From Puccinia triticina (taxonomy: Eukaryota), in NCBI GenBank assembly GCA_026914245.1, contig CP110439.1:7750001-7814000 (forward strand): a stretch of 64,000 nt of DNA, in the 5' to 3' direction. The notes under the pieces are model-generated. The model made no database searches. It saw nothing but the letters and a program-made list of their open reading frames with translations, and was not told where the DNA came from. Numbering within the stretch: position 1 is the stretch's first letter; each line of letters starts with the position of its first letter. The translations under genes and the position numbers were made by a program. Below are positions 60,378-64,000 of the stretch, in pieces.

Positions 60378-63300
60378 AATACATTTTCCAATTGCACCGG
60401 CAGATACTAACAGACATCAAAAAATAAAATTCCTTGAGTTGCAATATTGTAACACACTTCTGTTACAGTTAACAGTATTGGTAACAGTAATGGAGGACTT
60501 CCTGTGAAATCTGAGACTCTTGCAGATGTCAATATAGACCCAAAAAGTCTAGATTTTTGCAGGGAAATCTAGCTTTTTGGGGTCCAGATCCCTTCTGGGA
60601 GACCCGTAGATTCCGACGGGAAGTCCTCCAATAGGGGGTATCAAAAATAAGAAATCCACAATCAGAAACCAGTCAATTAGCCAAAAATGATGAGAGATTT
60701 TCAGCTCATGAGAAAATGATAAAGTAAGCAGGGGACAATCCAGAAGGGACTTGGATTGGACCAAGGAGGCTTGAGGTGGTTTGAGTGCAGAAATTCTCTG
60801 ACTTGATCATTTATTTGAAATCATAGGGGCAGAATATATGTAGTCTCAACTAGAGAGCCCCCTTGCAAGATCCAAAGGGGGCCTAGGAGACTAAAACAGA
60901 AAAAAAATCTCACATGAGATGGAAGGAAAAACAATACGCATACGCTAAAGTAAACTTAACATATGGAAGGAGACATTGACACTGGTCAATGGAATGGAGG
61001 AGACATTACAACTAGTAATGGAATTATGACATCAAATATTATTGATAGACTGGAGATATATCACACACTAGTGATGGAAAATGATGACATGGAAAGGGGG
61101 GGGGGGGAGTTGAGCATCACCAATCAGTGATGGAAAAGAGAAAAGAGACTGTGAGCGGAGAAGAAGGCCAGAATTCTGAAAAATGAAACTTGTCACCAGT
61201 GGATCCAAAAATGGGGGAGAAGATGGACCAGAATGTTTAAAATATTTTGGGTTTTTTCAAACCTGTCAATTATATAATGGTGGATTTGGTCATATTTGAT
61301 ACCCCCTAATAAGCAGAAAATCATTACAATATTGGTACATTACCAATAATTGTACTGTACCTACCCACCATTTGAGTCAATGGGCTCCCTCTGAAAAGAA
61401 GAAAATTAACTTGCCATTCCTCTGATCTATGTACAACATGCAAACCAATTGATCCAATCAACACCAGCCTATCTTTTCTACCACAAACAAGCATCACTAC
61501 TTGCTCCACTAAAGACAACAAGTGTGGGACCTTCCCATACCCCTAGCAGGGGAAGTTTGGGCTGTTTTGTTGAGAATCAGAACAAAAAACAAGGGTAAAA
61601 AAGACTCTGCCAGACTCAAGAACTATGAATATCAATCAAAACTTTGATGGTTCTTTTCTGGATTAGAAATCATCCACACTTGGAGGATTCCATCCTCTCC
61701 TTGCACTTGATGTGTACACAGACACTAAAAAAACACAAAACACACACAAAAGAAAATAAAACAACTGTGGGAAACAAGTAAAACATCCTGTTGAGATAGT
61801 GTATTAGCATTTTCCTATGTAGTATGCTTCTGATCTATACAACCACAGCTTAGCCTATATTACACATGTATATAGTCTAGTTGTTTCCCTCACTGTTATC
61901 ATTCCTCACTGAATGATGATTATACTTTGACTCATTGTGCTTGGACTTTTTCCTTGACATCTTGTCAAACTTTTCTTAGTCTTGTGTCACCCAATTTAAC
62001 CTCAACACATCCATCAGAGATGAGAAAAGTCAGGACCAAAAACCTTGAATATTGTCAGAGCCAAAACTTGAATATTGAACTCTGCTCACCAGGGGAGATT
62101 TTGATGCACTCCCCAGAGAGTGCCATACTCTACCCTTTTTCCATAACTGTGCTGGATGCCTTTGATGAAGGTAGTGTAAGAAGTAATAAAACATTTGGGA
62201 AATTTTCCACAACTGATCTGAAACTGATCCTGAATTCATCCATAATTCATCCATAAGTCATGCAGAAGTCAACTGTAACTTAATCAGAACACAGCTGAAA
62301 CCACTAGGAGACAATGACCACAATCAAATCATAATTCAATTGCAAATTTTTGTTGATCGGGATGGTTTCTTGGGGTGGAATTCATATTATTCACATGCTC
62401 ATGAAGGTGTTCATTGTTTTCACTTTGCTTATTTTCCCCTCATGTGCACGCGTAAAAGGTTGTTACAAATTGCAGGCTGGGCCTCTTTCAGATCAACAAC
62501 ATGTACACACTGGTTATAATGATTTGAAAGAACCATCTGAATTGGCATTTTTCCCTAAAAAAGGTAGGTATCATATAGAATTGAGCCAGAAAAGGATGTA
62601 AATAGGGTGAAATTATGAGTCAAGTCAAGCTTGGAGGTTTGTGGTACCAGATTTCAGCTAGAAAACCTGGCTTCTTAACACATATAAGCTTGTGAGATGT
62701 TTTTGTGTTTTTTTGTTTTCAAATGTCTCCATGCACATGCATGTGAACTGTTTTCCATTTTGCCAGTGTCACCTTTGTGTACGCGCGTACATTGGGGTGA
62801 CAGATTACCAGAGGGGCCTTTCACAGCTCCATGACAACAAATACTGGTCAGAAAGCCATTAAAGCCCCCGCTAGTCACATTTATGTTGTGTGAAACCCCT
62901 TGCACGTAGAGAAATTGATCAACATAAATTCACCATAAATGATTGATATTTGGGAATTGATTAAATGACATTTCATTATATGCTGTAATTGAGTTATCCT
63001 TAAAGAATGAAATGGTTCTATACAACATTGCATGAGGTCCTGTGATACTTCCTCATAAATTATAACAGACTTCCCATTGACTTCTGAATAATATATCAAT
63101 CATTTCCTAATCCACATCTGACATCAGACCCAGAAAAACATAAAATTACAGTCAGGCACTCTCTGGAGAGTGCGTCAAATTCTCCTCTGGTGGCTTCTTG
63201 TGCATCTTTTGGTCCAACAAACATCTAAGTCTTGAGGCGGAAACTTGAATATACTGCTGCCCCCTTCCATCCTTGATCCTGACCCATGCACTGGTGTGAA

Positions 63301-64000
63301 TACCACACCACCTGCTGATTGGCCTATTTGAAGCATTTAATGCAGAAAATTAGGTGAAATTCCCAGCCCGGGGGATCATGGGGGGATCCACACTATAAGC
63401 CTGAATTAACGCCACCGCCCTGCCACCCACCACCACTTTGAGATCCTCCCCAGCAAGCAGAAAGTTGGAAAAATCTGAATTGATTCTGTCTGGCAATTGG
63501 AACAATCCAATGCACATCAAATTGATTACATGAGGCAATTGGAACAATGCAATGCACACAAGTTGTCTGGATCATGTGTTTTTATTCAGGATGAAAATTC
63601 AATCATGCAAGTGTTCCATCTCTTCATTGCAATTCAAAGAATGATTACATCACCCCTTGAACCCACCCTTGGACCACCATGTGCTAAGCTTGTTTGGGAT
63701 GGAACTAAAAAACCACCCCCGTGAAGCATTTTTGAGAATCCAGCAAAGAGAATCAGTACTGGACCCCTCACGTTTTGGACTGGTATCACTGGCAACAGAC
63801 CAAGCAAGCATTTCAAATGTCCTCTAGTAGAGACATAGTAGAGACTGAAAAGCCACAGGGTTCTGCAAGTAACAGTGGCCTGCAGTCCAAGGACCTTGTC
63901 TGAGTGCGTACAGGTAGTTGTGGTAGCAGTAGAGGGTGGTGATGGGTACATGGTGCTGTGGAACTGCTGTTGTAGCTCCACCCAAACACACATAAGCTTT

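Larger units (their letters stand above)
59744..60490. mobile_element. Decayed relative of the 17303-17696 element, carrying two MITE insertions
   Basis: caacaatgggtagttacaatacactacaataaccgccgttatc matches the reverse complement of ~17654-17696. The far end is degenerate. Confidence 0.75.

Noticed and set aside
60500..64000. Short ORFs in the AT-rich end of the window
   Set aside because: No motifs, consistent splice model or element boundaries found. Probably decayed repeats.

Overview
Eukaryotic genomic DNA with short GT/GC-AG introns and dense transposons, most consistent with a rust fungus (Pucciniales; inferred from gene style, TE content and a Y-x-C secreted protein). The first ~33.5 kb is almost all nested TEs. 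It holds a complete pol-less LTR element with antisense intron-bearing cargo (883-8369), two differently deleted copies of a hAT-like element with 7-bp TSDs, a Tc1/IS630-like transposase remnant split by a decayed Ty3/Gypsy element, and three related gag-only LTR elements (C, D, E). The LTRs of C, D and E share a hairpin + intron + direct-repeat layout and an oligo(T) tract in place of a tRNA PBS. The second half carries host genes (Tos4-like FHA, TPR, Cys-rich secreted protein, Spa2-like, ANT1-like carrier, an orphan secreted/TM protein), an apparently intact hAT and several MITEs. The most notable object is a 6454-bp element (36310-42763) with self-folding terminal inverted repeats and an exact 9-bp TSD. 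It encodes a convergent pair: a DUF6589-like putative DDE transposase and a RecQ-like SF2 helicase. All family assignments come from reading motifs by eye; no database searches were run.
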